A stretch of DNA of 64,000 nt from an uncultured bacterium. GTDB lineage: Bacteria > Omnitrophota > Omnitrophia > Omnitrophales > CAZLUT01. The notes beneath the pieces are model-generated. The model worked only from the letters and a program-made list of their open reading frames with translations, searched no databases and had not been told where the DNA came from. The stretch is taken from the NCBI GenBank assembly GCA_964562805.1, contig CAZLUT010000003.1:6707-70706 (forward strand), read 5' to 3'. Of this stretch, positions 18,734 to 28,319 are shown one piece after another. The stretch's first letter is position 1; each line of letters starts with the position of its first letter. The position numbers were made by a program, and so were the translations under genes.

Positions 18734-18979
18734 TTACATCCCTAAATCTTTTGGATTCATCGACATAAAGGTATCGCGGACTTCGGGATCATTCATAAGG
18801 TCCTTAAGCTCAGGCATGGTCATTAGCTTGGAATAGTTTTTTGATTTCATGGCTTCCATGATTTCAGGATTCTTCATCACCTCTTGAATTTTGGGGTTAG
18901 ACATCAATTTTTGAAAATCTTTATTTTTCATAAGAGATGCCATCGCACCCATATTTTTAAACATATCGCCAAATCCCAT
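18734..18979 (-). CDS. Small Met-rich STI1/DP-repeat-like protein
   Basis: LMSNPKIQEVMKNPEI...LMNDPEV repeats; directly downstream of yajQ. Confidence 0.7.
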   Translation of the reverse strand: MGFGDMFKNMGAMASLMKNKDFQKLMSNPKIQEVMKNPEIMEAMKSKNYSKLMTMPELKDLMNDPEVRDTFMSMNPKDLGM

Positions 18980-18984
18980 ATTAT

Positions 18985-19485
18985 TTAACCTCGATAATTT
19001 GTAAATTGAATCGGAACTTCAATTGGTTTTTCTCGTAACATTTTTTGAATAGCCTGCAGATCATCTCGTTTCTTTCCTGAAACCCGTACTTTTTCTCCCT
19101 GAATAGACCCTTGCACTTTAAGCTTTGTTTCTTTAATCCATTTTACGATCTGTTTAGAGATCTCCTGAGGCAGCTCGACGACAAGCTCGACTTCTTGCCT
19201 AAAAGCGCCTCCTAAGGCCGGTTCAGGATCCTTATACTTAAAAGCCTTGGGCGAAATATTCCGCTTAGCCCCCTTGGTCGCTAAAATATCCTGCATAGCT
19301 TTAAGTTTCATATCATCCGCGGCCAAAATCGTAATCTTTTTTTCATTCCGATTAAAATCAAAGGAGCAATTGGCACCCTTAAAATCATAACGCATGGAGA
19401 TTTCTTTTTTTGCCTGGTTGATTGAGTTATCGATTTCCTGAAGATCGATTTCAGAAACGATATCGAAGGACGAATCAGCTGCCAT
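18985..19485 (-). CDS. yajQ: YajQ family nucleotide/c-di-GMP-binding protein
   Basis: SFDIVSEIDLQEIDN, RYDFKG, IQGEKVRVSGKKRDDLQ, QFTNYR; start moved to the ATG at 19485 (MAADSS). Confidence 0.93.
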   Translation of the reverse strand: MAADSSFDIVSEIDLQEIDNSINQAKKEISMRYDFKGANCSFDFNRNEKKITILAADDMKLKAMQDILATKGAKRNISPKAFKYKDPEPALGGAFRQEVELVVELPQEISKQIVKWIKETKLKVQGSIQGEKVRVSGKKRDDLQAIQKMLREKPIEVPIQFTNYRG

Positions 19486-19834
19486 TAGTAATTTCGGAAA
19501 GGAACTTCTCAAGAATTAATCGTTTTTCAGCGGAGATCTCTAAGAATTCAAAGCCAACATCATAGTGAACCAATTTAGGGTTAAAATCATGATGTTTAAT
19601 TGACCAAGCCACTCTTGCCTTACATTCGAATGGCTCCATATCAGGTTTTAGGATTAATTTGATATAAACTTCCGAAAAAGGCTCGAGAGGCTGTGATAAA
19701 TTCGCACAGAGACCGCCAATGCCTAAATTTTCAGTTACGGAATGAAAAACTTCGCTCTTATCCGGTGTTTTAACGGATATGCCGCATTCTTTTTTAATTC
19801 TTACGAAGTTTCTATTTTCGAACGAATTCCACAT
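19475..19834 (-). CDS. PilZ domain protein
   Basis: RNFVR motif and NLGIGG; ARVAW...VGFEF. Confidence 0.85.
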   Translation of the reverse strand: MWNSFENRNFVRIKKECGISVKTPDKSEVFHSVTENLGIGGLCANLSQPLEPFSEVYIKLILKPDMEPFECKARVAWSIKHHDFNPKLVHYDVGFEFLEISAEKRLILEKFLSEITNGS

Positions 19835-21060
19835 TATTTTGCAGTCCTTACAAAGCTATCATCATAAATTTTAAACTGCGAATCAGCCCTTAATTCTTTT
19901 AGAGCCTTCTGGGCATCACTCGAAGTCTTATAGTGGCCGATAAAAATCTGATAGAGTTGATTTCCACGGCTCCCTCGAATTTTACGGATATATCCTTCAT
20001 AACCTTTAGCTCGAAGATCATCAATTACTTTTTCGCTTGCTTTAATATCATCTGAGAGGCACAGCTGAACGCTGTATGACTTAGGAAGATTTGCCGGCGC
20101 TATAGGTGCGGGAGGAGGCATTGCCCCTCCGGAATCCTTAATTTCGTTTTCTGTTATGCCGGAACTTTGTGCTGAGATCGGCTTAGAAATGGAAGTGTCT
20201 TTTTCCTCAGCATCCGCTGTTTCAGGCACCAAAATTGAAACTACGTTTTTATTTTTAATCTCATCCGCGGATCGACTGCCAAAAAATGTAATTCCAAGGG
20301 TGACAACTAGTATCAAAGCTAAGACACCGCCTATAATTCCGTAATAAAAACGAGGATTTTTCTTTAGGGTATCAATCCCCCATTCTATATATTCCCTTAT
20401 GGTAAACCATGCGGCTCTCAAACCTTTTTCTTTCTGCAGATTCGTAAGGCCTTGAGATAATTCAATGCCCCCTGTAGTCGAACCGATTTCACTTCTTAAT
20501 TTCTCCGGCTGATCCTGAGGTTTTGCTTCGCTTTCAAATTTCAATTCCAATTCCTGAGGTGTTTCATGAGAAGTCTCACGCACTTCCTGCTCTCCAGCTT
20601 CACTTGATTCGTCTTTCTCAGCTTCCGCAGCAAGATTTGTTTCCGGTGTTTCACCTTGGGCCGGAGCTGCTTCGCTTTCTAGCTGAATTTCCACTTCCTC
20701 GTTTTGAGGTGTATTATCATCGCTTTGGTATTCGGTATGAATATCACTTTCTGGTTTTTCAGCCGTCTTTTCTTGGATTTCATCTGTTTCGTTTGAAAAA
20801 TTCAATTCTTCCTTAACTTCTGTTTCGTGAGATTCAGATGGGTTTAAAACAGTCGTATGGGATTGAGGCTCTCCTTCGGCATGAGGAATAACAGGCGAAG
20901 AAGTCTCTTCGGATGAGACGGATTCTTCAGTTTTTGGCTTGGGATCCCCTACCATATCTGAGGGACGATAAACGCCGTAAAGGCGCTCTTGAATTTCTTT
21001 TTCAGATAAAACTTTTGGTTTTTCTTCTTTTTTATTACTAAATGGCCAATTAGCTTGCAA
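19834..21060 (-). CDS. Bitopic SPOR domain protein with long acidic cytoplasmic region
   Basis: Glu-rich N-terminus, single TM (YGIIGGVLALILVVTLGITFFG), C-terminal SPOR (YSVQL...YQIFIGHYKT). Confidence 0.8.
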   Translation of the reverse strand: MQANWPFSNKKEEKPKVLSEKEIQERLYGVYRPSDMVGDPKPKTEESVSSEETSSPVIPHAEGEPQSHTTVLNPSESHETEVKEELNFSNETDEIQEKTAEKPESDIHTEYQSDDNTPQNEEVEIQLESEAAPAQGETPETNLAAEAEKDESSEAGEQEVRETSHETPQELELKFESEAKPQDQPEKLRSEIGSTTGGIELSQGLTNLQKEKGLRAAWFTIREYIEWGIDTLKKNPRFYYGIIGGVLALILVVTLGITFFGSRSADEIKNKNVVSILVPETADAEEKDTSISKPISAQSSGITENEIKDSGGAMPPPAPIAPANLPKSYSVQLCLSDDIKASEKVIDDLRAKGYEGYIRKIRGSRGNQLYQIFIGHYKTSSDAQKALKELRADSQFKIYDDSFVRTAK

Positions 21061-21532
21061 GGGGTGAATTCTCCTTTAAAAATAGTTTGTACATCACTAA
21101 AGCATTTCCGCCGACCGGAATCCGTGCTTTTTCCTGGAATCCATTATCCTGACAAAGTTTTCCGGCTGCTTTCATATCTTCAGTAGCTCTAAAAACAATC
21201 TCCTGATAACCAACCTCCAAACAAAATTGTATCGCTTTTTGCATCAGTTTGTATCCAATGCGCTGTTTGCGATAATTGGGATTTACCATGATTCTCCGAA
21301 GCAAGGCGTTTCTTTCATCATCTTTTTTAACAGCCACAGTACCGACAACTTTATCGTTATCAACAGCTACAAAAAAAGCCTCTCCTAATCCTCCGTAATG
21401 ATCATGAAGAGAATTAAGATCATCCGCCGGGTAACTTTGGGTCGCTCCGGGGAATTCGCCTCCCATAACAGATTCGATAAGTTCTTTCGCGGGCTTTTCT
21501 TCGCCTTTACGAATCTTTCGAATCTCAATCAT
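21050..21532 (-). CDS. GNAT family N-acetyltransferase
   Basis: VNPNYRKQRIGYKL acetyl-CoA-binding motif A. Confidence 0.9.
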   Translation of the reverse strand: MIEIRKIRKGEEKPAKELIESVMGGEFPGATQSYPADDLNSLHDHYGGLGEAFFVAVDNDKVVGTVAVKKDDERNALLRRIMVNPNYRKQRIGYKLMQKAIQFCLEVGYQEIVFRATEDMKAAGKLCQDNGFQEKARIPVGGNALVMYKLFLKENSPLAS

Positions 21533-21547
21533 GTTCTTCCCCCCTTA

Positions 21548-21772
21548 TTATTTCTGCTCTTCTTTTTTAGCTTCTTCGCCTGTTTTTTCAGCAGCAGCTT
21601 TTGTCTTTTTGGTTTTTAATTTTTGCGATTTAACTTTAGGTAAACCATAAACTGACTTGTCTTCTGACCAAGCCTCATTAGATTTGAGTTTCTTGATCCT
21701 TTCGTAACGCTTTAAAACATTCCGGTGACGTGAGCCAACTTTATCAACCCGCAAGCTGGAATGAATACTCAT
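21548..21772 (-). CDS. Small basic protein (PVC-superphylum signature protein, TIGR04137-like)
   Basis: MSIHSSL...RNVLKRYERI...W...SVYGLPKV pattern with a Lys-rich tail. Confidence 0.85.
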   Translation of the reverse strand: MSIHSSLRVDKVGSRHRNVLKRYERIKKLKSNEAWSEDKSVYGLPKVKSQKLKTKKTKAAAEKTGEEAKKEEQK

Positions 21773-21798
21773 GAAATTACCATCCTTTCTGAAAAGTG

Positions 21799-21852
21799 CT
21801 GATTCGGACTTGAATCGACTCGGATTCCTTAGTTGAATCAGTCTGTATTATA
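21799..21852 (-). promoter_or_regulatory. -10 box plus 5' leader hairpin of the small basic protein gene
   Basis: TATAAT at 21847-21852 (minus), followed by hairpin CTGATTC-a-ACT-aag-GAATC-loop-GATTC-a-AGT-cc-GAATCAG. Confidence 0.45.
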
Positions 21853-21950
21853 CAGATGTCCCCTCGATAATCGATGAAAAAATTAACTATTAAGAAAAAA
21901 TTTTAAGGGGTAATCTGACTATTTTTAATCCGCCGCAGCACCTTAATTTC

Positions 21951-21985
21951 TCAGATCTTAGATCTAGGATCTGAGATCTAAGTTT
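21951..21985. repeat. Heptamer tandem repeat, family A (also self-complementary)
   Basis: tcagatc/ttagatc/taggatc/tgagatc/taagttt. Confidence 0.65.
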
Positions 21986-22697
21986 CAGAGGTAATTTTCC
22001 TAATATACGTCCCTTTATATTTACCCACTTCTTTAGCTGCCGCAAGCTCTTTATCAGCATCCTGCCGGCTTAAAAAGGGGCCTAAGACCACCATGTAATA
22101 TTTCCCACTCTTACGGTAAGATCCCTTTAAATTGCTCTTTAGAAGGCTCTCAACCTCGCGTTTAGCATAGTTTTGATTGGAAGTCGACATAAGCCGCGCC
22201 TCGTAGTATTTCTCAGGCTTTACAGTCTCTCCTTGAAGCGATACTTCCTCTTTCTTAGGGATGCTCACAGTCTCTTGTTTTTTTGTAAGATGCTCTTCCC
22301 TTTTTTTAGGAAAATAGGTCCCAAGCAAACTGCCCCCGCTCTTTCTGGGCTTCTCGCTGTTCGTTCTTATCTTGATCGAGGGGCTTTTCTCCTCTTTAGC
22401 CTGAACTCGTTTTTGAAATCCTAATGATTTTTCAGTTTTCCGGACTTGGGCAAGATTTGCCATTGATTCTACTTTGTAACGTTTGCCAAGCGACTCTTTC
22501 TCGATGGATTTTCCATGCTCAACTCCGATCGTAAAAATAACCACAAGAAGTATTAGGAAAATAAGTGTAACAAAGATGATCTTATCGATCGTCAGACGAA
22601 TCTCAAACTTCCCTTCAGACAAGGTTTCATCAAACCTTTTATCGGAAATATTTTTTCCGCGGGGCTTTAAACTTTCAAAAAGCTCGCCTTGTTTCAT
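21978..22697 (-). CDS. Bitopic SPOR domain protein
   Basis: Likely start MKQGELF (ATG overlaps the lepB TGA); single TM; C-terminal SPOR (YMVVLGPFLSRQDA). Confidence 0.8.
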   Translation of the reverse strand: MKQGELFESLKPRGKNISDKRFDETLSEGKFEIRLTIDKIIFVTLIFLILLVVIFTIGVEHGKSIEKESLGKRYKVESMANLAQVRKTEKSLGFQKRVQAKEEKSPSIKIRTNSEKPRKSGGSLLGTYFPKKREEHLTKKQETVSIPKKEEVSLQGETVKPEKYYEARLMSTSNQNYAKREVESLLKSNLKGSYRKSGKYYMVVLGPFLSRQDADKELAAAKEVGKYKGTYIRKITSET

Positions 22698-23278
22698 TTG
22701 ACAAGTCGGATACGTTTGGGCGGCCAATAAATCATAAAAGCCTTGCCGATTAATTCTTTTCTTTTTACAAACCCCCAATTACGGCTATCAGAACTTTGAG
22801 CGCTATTATCACCCAAAACAAAAAAGCTGTTCTCCGGCACTAAAATTTTCTTATCCTCTCCTCCGTACTCCCAGTCTTCCCGGTTGTAATAATAAAATTT
22901 TCTAAACACCGAATCTTCGGGGAAAGACTCACCATCAATATAAATTTTACCCTGTTTTATTTCAATCTCATCGCCCGGCAAACCTACGAGCCTTTTAATA
23001 AAATCTCTCTTCTTTCCGTCGCCCGGATAGCGAAAGACAATAATATCGCTCCTTTTAGGTTCGTGAAAATGATAGATAAATTTATTAACTAAAACCCGGT
23101 CATTTTCCATCAAAGTAGGGCGCATTGAACCGGTTGGAATTTTATATGCCTGAAAAAAGAAAGTCCGGATTATAAGCGCTAAAAGTATCGCTAAAAGTAT
23201 CGGTTCAATCCATTCTTTAATTAGATATTGCCATTTGGGATGTAATTTTAAGATCCATTGATGGTAAAACTTAAACAT
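22694..23278 (-). CDS. lepB: Signal peptidase I
   Basis: IPTGSMRPTL, FIKRLVGLPGD, GDNSAQSSDSR. Confidence 0.96.
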   Translation of the reverse strand: MFKFYHQWILKLHPKWQYLIKEWIEPILLAILLALIIRTFFFQAYKIPTGSMRPTLMENDRVLVNKFIYHFHEPKRSDIIVFRYPGDGKKRDFIKRLVGLPGDEIEIKQGKIYIDGESFPEDSVFRKFYYYNREDWEYGGEDKKILVPENSFFVLGDNSAQSSDSRNWGFVKRKELIGKAFMIYWPPKRIRLVK

Positions 23279-23289
23279 TTTTTCTCCTG

Positions 23290-25074
23290 TTATTCATCTA
23301 CTCTCAAAACCGAAATAAATGCTTCCTGTGGTATATCAACTTTTCCGACCTTTTTCATCCTTTTTTTGCCGGCTTTTTGCTTTTCCCAAAGCTTACGTTT
23401 CCGGGTAATATCGCCGCCATAACATTTTGCCGTTACATCTTTAGAAAGAGCTCGAATACTGTCGCGGGCAATAATGCGGGAGCCGACTGCCGCCTGAATA
23501 ACAACTTCAAAAAGCTGCCTGGGTATCACATCCTTTAGCTTTTCAACTAAAGCACGGCCCCGTTCATACGCGTGCTCTTTATGCACAATACTTGAAAGCG
23601 CGTCAACCGGTTCACTATTAATTAATATATCCAAACGTGATAAGTCGGAAGCGCGAAATCCAATAAAATCATAATTCAAAGATCCATACCCGCGGGTTGC
23701 CGATTTAATTTTGTCGTAAAAATCCAAAACAACTTCACAAAATGGCATTTCATAAGTTAAGACGGCGCGTGTAGAATCTAAATATTCCGTATCCCGGTAA
23801 ATACCCCTTCTATCCTGGCAGAGCTTCATGATAGTTCCGATGTTTTCGGCCGGAATCAAAAGACTTGCCTCAATATAAGGCTCCTCAATGCGCTCGATCT
23901 TATCTTTTGTGGGCAAAAGGCTCGGATTTTCAAGCATTAAAATCTCCCCGTTAGTTTTTGTTACTCTGTAAACAACGCTGGGTGCTGTAATAATTAACTG
24001 GAGATTGAATTCGCGCTCCAAGCGTTCTTGTATGATTTCCATGTGTAAAAGCCCCAAAAATCCGCAGCGAAAACCAAACCCTAAAGACTGTGAAGTTTCA
24101 GCCTCATAAACAAAAGAGGAATCATTCAAACTTAGCTTTTCCAACGCATCCCTTAAAAGCGCGAAATCTTTCGCTGCGATTGGATACATTCCACAAAACA
24201 CCATCGGTTTTGCCTCTTTATAGCCGGGAAGCGGTTTTTTAGCCGGCATTTCTTTTAAAGTAACTGTATCCCCTATTTTTACGTCTTTCACATTCTTAAT
24301 ATTACAGGCAATAAACCCTACCAATCCTGCAGAAAGGCCTTTGACCGGCGTTGGCTGAGGAGCAAAAATACCAATCTCTTCTACTTCATATTCTGTCTTG
24401 TTATTCATCATTAGGATCTTGTCATGCAGCTTTATTTCCCCGTCCACCACCCTTATATAGACAACAACCCCTTTATAAGGGTCGTATTTTGAATCAAAAA
24501 TAAGCGCTTTGAGCGAAGATGCCTTATCGCCTTTAGGTGGAGGAATTTTTTCAATAATCGCGTCTAAAATTTGAAGCGAGCCCTCTCCTGTCTTAGAGCT
24601 TGTTGAAAGCACCTCCTCACCCGTAGTTCCCAAAATATTCTGAATCTCTTTTTTGGTTTTAGGAATATCAGCGTTAGGAAGGTCGATTTTAGTAATAACC
24701 GGGACCATCTCTAAATTTTTCTCCAAAGCCAGATAAAGATTCGACATGGTCTGGGCCTCGACACCTTGAGAGCCATCCACCAAAAGCAGCACTCCTTCAC
24801 AGGCTGCGAAACTTTTTGAAACTTCATAAGTGAAATCAACATGCCCGGGCGTATCGATCAAATTAAGAATATGACCTTTGTATTTAATCTGGACAGCGCG
24901 TGCTTTAATGGTAATACCTCTCTCACGCTCCAGATCCATATCATCCAAGAATTGCTCACGAAATTCCCGCTGGGTGATGGCATGGGTATCGAGAAGCATG
25001 CGATCGGCCAAGGTAGACTTACCATGATCAATATGCGCTGAGATAGAAAAATTACGTATTTTTTTAATATCCAT
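23290..25074 (-). CDS. lepA: Elongation factor 4
   Basis: AHIDHGKSTLADR, DTPGHVDF, GFRCGFLGLLH, KCYGGDITRKRKL. Confidence 0.98.
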   Translation of the reverse strand: MDIKKIRNFSISAHIDHGKSTLADRMLLDTHAITQREFREQFLDDMDLERERGITIKARAVQIKYKGHILNLIDTPGHVDFTYEVSKSFAACEGVLLLVDGSQGVEAQTMSNLYLALEKNLEMVPVITKIDLPNADIPKTKKEIQNILGTTGEEVLSTSSKTGEGSLQILDAIIEKIPPPKGDKASSLKALIFDSKYDPYKGVVVYIRVVDGEIKLHDKILMMNNKTEYEVEEIGIFAPQPTPVKGLSAGLVGFIACNIKNVKDVKIGDTVTLKEMPAKKPLPGYKEAKPMVFCGMYPIAAKDFALLRDALEKLSLNDSSFVYEAETSQSLGFGFRCGFLGLLHMEIIQERLEREFNLQLIITAPSVVYRVTKTNGEILMLENPSLLPTKDKIERIEEPYIEASLLIPAENIGTIMKLCQDRRGIYRDTEYLDSTRAVLTYEMPFCEVVLDFYDKIKSATRGYGSLNYDFIGFRASDLSRLDILINSEPVDALSSIVHKEHAYERGRALVEKLKDVIPRQLFEVVIQAAVGSRIIARDSIRALSKDVTAKCYGGDITRKRKLWEKQKAGKKRMKKVGKVDIPQEAFISVLRVDE

Positions 25075-25086
25075 TACTGCTTACAA

Positions 25087-25749
25087 CTACTTGATCCGGA
25101 GGCTTTGGATTGCTTTTTTTCTAGATTTAGCTCCAAAAATAAAGGTGCCTGCAACCAATACATCAGCACCTTGGCTAGCGCAAAGAGCACCTGTTTTAGC
25201 GTTAATTCCACCATCTACTGCAATAAAGCCTTTGAAACGCTTCTTTAATTCCGCGATTTTTTTTACCTGCTCCGGCATAAAAGCCTGACCTCCAAAACCC
25301 GGCTCAACTGTCATAACAAGCACCATATCAACATCTTTTAAATAAGGCAGGATAGCCTTGAGGGGCGTACGCGGTCTAAGGGATATACCTGGTTTTGCCC
25401 CTAGTTTACGAATTAATTTTAAAGTTTTCCTGACTTGTTTGGTCGCCTCGACATGAATCGTTAAATAATCAGATCCTGCTTTTATAAAATCCTTCACGTA
25501 CCGAATCGGTTCATCAATCATCAAATGAACGTCCATAGGAATTTTGGTGTAAGGTTTGATTTTTTTTACCACAACGGGGCCTATTGTTAGATTAGGGACA
25601 AAATGCCCGTCCATCACATCCACATGAACCCAGTCCGCCCCTTTAGCCGCTACGTCCTTAATTTCCGAACCTAACTTTCCAAAATCAGCCGAAAGAATAC
25701 TTGGTGCAACAATATTTTTTTTCTTATTCTTTTTCATTTTTCCTCTCAT
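25087..25749 (-). CDS. rpe: Ribulose-phosphate 3-epimerase
   Basis: APSILSADF, HVDVMDGHFVPN, MTVEPGFGGQ, VDGG; true start may be the second Met. Confidence 0.96.
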   Translation of the reverse strand: MRGKMKKNKKKNIVAPSILSADFGKLGSEIKDVAAKGADWVHVDVMDGHFVPNLTIGPVVVKKIKPYTKIPMDVHLMIDEPIRYVKDFIKAGSDYLTIHVEATKQVRKTLKLIRKLGAKPGISLRPRTPLKAILPYLKDVDMVLVMTVEPGFGGQAFMPEQVKKIAELKKRFKGFIAVDGGINAKTGALCASQGADVLVAGTFIFGAKSRKKAIQSLRIK

Positions 25750-25760
25750 TATTCACTTCT

Positions 25761-27029
25761 TCAAAAAGTGAAATTTCTCCTTATTTCCTTCTCCTCTTTA
25801 TCACTCAACGGCCCAATTAACGCTAAATTTAAATGTTCTGTTAAAAATATTTTCTTCGCCATTTGTCTCACATCTTCGGTCGTCACTTTTTCAATTTGGC
25901 GCTTAATTGCTTCTCTTTTAAGGAAGCTGTCCAAATGAAGATAGCGCTCACCCACCCAAATCATATGGTCAAGCGTATCTTCAAGCATTAAAAAAAGCTG
26001 GCCCACATAATAATCTTTAGCTCGCCTCAGTTCCTCGGCGGAAACTCCGGTCTTAGCAATTTTTTTTAATTCTTTTAGCGAAACTTCGATCGCGAGCTTC
26101 GCCTTTTTTGGATTGACTCCGGCTGAAACGGTGAAAGAGCCTGTATCCAAATAAGCCGCCACTCCGGAATGAATGCTATAGGCCAGCCCCCGCTTTTCTC
26201 TTACCTCATGAAAAAGGCGGCTTGACATATTAGCTCCTAAAATAACATGCAGGAGTCCTAGTTTATAGCGTTCCGGGTCTGTTTTGGATAAGGCGTGAAG
26301 CCCAATTACAAATTGACATTGTTCAATATCCCGCTTCACAAAATTAAATTTTGGTTCATTTTGATATGCGTCCGCTTTTTCAAAAATTGAACTTTCAGAT
26401 TTAAAAAACTTTTTGAAACGTTTCCGAACCAAGCGGAGAATTTGCGTGTGGCTCACATTTCCAGCCGCGGTGATTAAAAAATTGGGGGCATTATAAAACT
26501 TATTGTGGAACGCATTCAGCTCGCTTCGTGAGAGCCTGGAAACGGTTTCCATTGATCCCGCGATATTTCGGCCAAGCGGCTGTCGCTGCCAGAGAAGTTC
26601 GCTCATCAAATCCTGCACATGGCTTGAGGGTACATCCCGATACATTTTGATCTCTTCTAAAATAACCCCTCTTTCCCTTTGCATGTCGGAATTCTTAAAA
26701 AGCGGCAGGAGCGTCAGGTCAGCTAAAACATCAAAAACCTGATCCAAGTGCTTCGGTAAAATTTTCGTGAAATAGCAGGTTGACTCTTCTCCCGTAAAGG
26801 CGTTGAGCATCCCGCCCTTCCCTTCAACAATTTCCTTAATTTGGCGCATTGAATAATTTCGGGTTCCCTTAAAAACCAGATGTTCGATAAAATGTGAAGT
26901 TCCCGATAGTTTTCGGGATTCATACCGGCCGCCCACCTTAGCCCAAATACCCAAAGCCACAGAATCTCTTCCGGGCAAATTAATGGTAAGAACTCTCGCC
27001 CCATTCTTTAGATTGGTTGTCCGGTACAT
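25761..27029 (-). CDS. M16 (pitrilysin) family zinc peptidase
   Basis: HFIEH (HxxEH), LNAFT, SSRLFHEVREKRGLAY. Confidence 0.93.
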   Translation of the reverse strand: MYRTTNLKNGARVLTINLPGRDSVALGIWAKVGGRYESRKLSGTSHFIEHLVFKGTRNYSMRQIKEIVEGKGGMLNAFTGEESTCYFTKILPKHLDQVFDVLADLTLLPLFKNSDMQRERGVILEEIKMYRDVPSSHVQDLMSELLWQRQPLGRNIAGSMETVSRLSRSELNAFHNKFYNAPNFLITAAGNVSHTQILRLVRKRFKKFFKSESSIFEKADAYQNEPKFNFVKRDIEQCQFVIGLHALSKTDPERYKLGLLHVILGANMSSRLFHEVREKRGLAYSIHSGVAAYLDTGSFTVSAGVNPKKAKLAIEVSLKELKKIAKTGVSAEELRRAKDYYVGQLFLMLEDTLDHMIWVGERYLHLDSFLKREAIKRQIEKVTTEDVRQMAKKIFLTEHLNLALIGPLSDKEEKEIRRNFTF

Positions 27030-27449
27030 TTACGATTTCCTCTTTAAATCCAAATAATTTTGCAAAAGTATCTGAGCCGCTAAAGAATCCACCCGTTGTT
27101 TCCGCTTGGCACGGCTTTTGCCGCTCTCCCTCAAATACATTTCAGCTTCTTTTGTGGTTAGCCTCTCATCAATTAATTCAAAATTTGTATCAGGAAATTG
27201 AGATCTGAGCCGCTTAACTTTTTCTTCCGTTTTTTGGGCTGCAATACCGACTTTATCTTCTAAAGTTTTAGGGTACCCGATGAGCACTACTTCCGGCTGA
27301 ATTTCGCCCAAAAGTTTTTTTAGTTCATTTAAAAAATAATCTTCAGATTTATATTCAATCATCGGTAAGGCGTGAGCCATTAAGCCAAGTTCATCGCTTT
27401 TAGCGATGCCGATTCGTTTTGTACCGAGATCTAAAGCGATCACTTTCAA
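27030..27449 (-). CDS. ruvX: YqgF/RuvX pre-16S rRNA nuclease (Holliday junction resolvase-like)
   Basis: ALDLGTKRIGIA, IGYP, DERLTT, VDSLAA. Confidence 0.93.
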   Translation of the reverse strand: MKVIALDLGTKRIGIAKSDELGLMAHALPMIEYKSEDYFLNELKKLLGEIQPEVVLIGYPKTLEDKVGIAAQKTEEKVKRLRSQFPDTNFELIDERLTTKEAEMYLRESGKSRAKRKQRVDSLAAQILLQNYLDLKRKS

Positions 27450-28243
27450 TTGTGTAATCCACTTTTTAGGCTTCTTAAAAATCGAGCTGTTTTTTCAATA
27501 CCTCCCGCTGACGGGCCATTTTTCTTCATTTCTTTAATGAGGGCAGTGCCTACAATTACCCCGCTCGAAACACGGGAAGCTTGTCTTACTTTTTTCTTAT
27601 CGGAAACCCCAAATCCAATCACAATTGGTTTTTTAGTGTGCGTGCGGATTGTTTTTAAATTTTGCTCCAAATCCCGGTCTAAATTTTGTCTGAGTCCCGT
27701 AACGCCCCGCGAGGAAACGTAATAAATAAATTCATCGGTTTTGGAACCAACCATCCGTATCCGTTCGGGAGTACTCGTCGGTGCCAGGAAATAAATTAAA
27801 GAAAGACCGGCTTTCTTTGCTTTTTTATGAAAACTTTCACCCTCCTCCGGCGGAAGATCAGGAATTAAAAATCCATCAAATCCGGATCTCTTTAATTCTC
27901 CTATTACTTTTACCTCACCCTGTTTTTGAATTGGATTATAGTAAGAGAAAAAAAGTACCGGCACTTGAAACCCTTTCTTTCTGAGTTTCAAAAGTAAATT
28001 GCAGGCATCTTTAAAAGTAACTTTGTTTTGTAGCGCCCGGCAGGAGGCGTCCTGAATAACGGGACCATCCGCCAAAGGATCTGAAAAAGGAAAACCCAAT
28101 TCGATTAAATCAATTTTTTCTTTCTCTGCCAAAAGGAGCATTTTTTCGGTATGGGCGAGACTTGTAAAACCCAGGGTAAAATAAATTGAAAAAATTTTCT
28201 TCTTTTTGTCTCTAAATAATTTTTTAAGCCTTTTTTCTTTCAT
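27446..28243 (-). CDS. trpA: Tryptophan synthase alpha chain
   Basis: IELGFPFSDPLADGPVIQ, YYNP, GVTG, GFG. Confidence 0.95.
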   Translation of the reverse strand: MKEKRLKKLFRDKKKKIFSIYFTLGFTSLAHTEKMLLLAEKEKIDLIELGFPFSDPLADGPVIQDASCRALQNKVTFKDACNLLLKLRKKGFQVPVLFFSYYNPIQKQGEVKVIGELKRSGFDGFLIPDLPPEEGESFHKKAKKAGLSLIYFLAPTSTPERIRMVGSKTDEFIYYVSSRGVTGLRQNLDRDLEQNLKTIRTHTKKPIVIGFGVSDKKKVRQASRVSSGVIVGTALIKEMKKNGPSAGGIEKTARFLRSLKSGLHN

Positions 28244-28291
28244 TTTTCTATCTCTTTAAGAATTTTTTAATCTGTCCCTTTAGGGACTCCT

Positions 28292-28319
28292 TAGCCACTA
28301 ATCACTAACGACTAACCAC
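28292..28319. repeat. Heptamer tandem repeat, family B (TAACCAC-like)
   Basis: tagccac/taatcac/taacgac/taaccac. Confidence 0.65.

Noticed and set aside
21951-21985. CRISPR array
   Set aside because: The repeats are 7-nt tandem units without spacers, and there are no cas genes.
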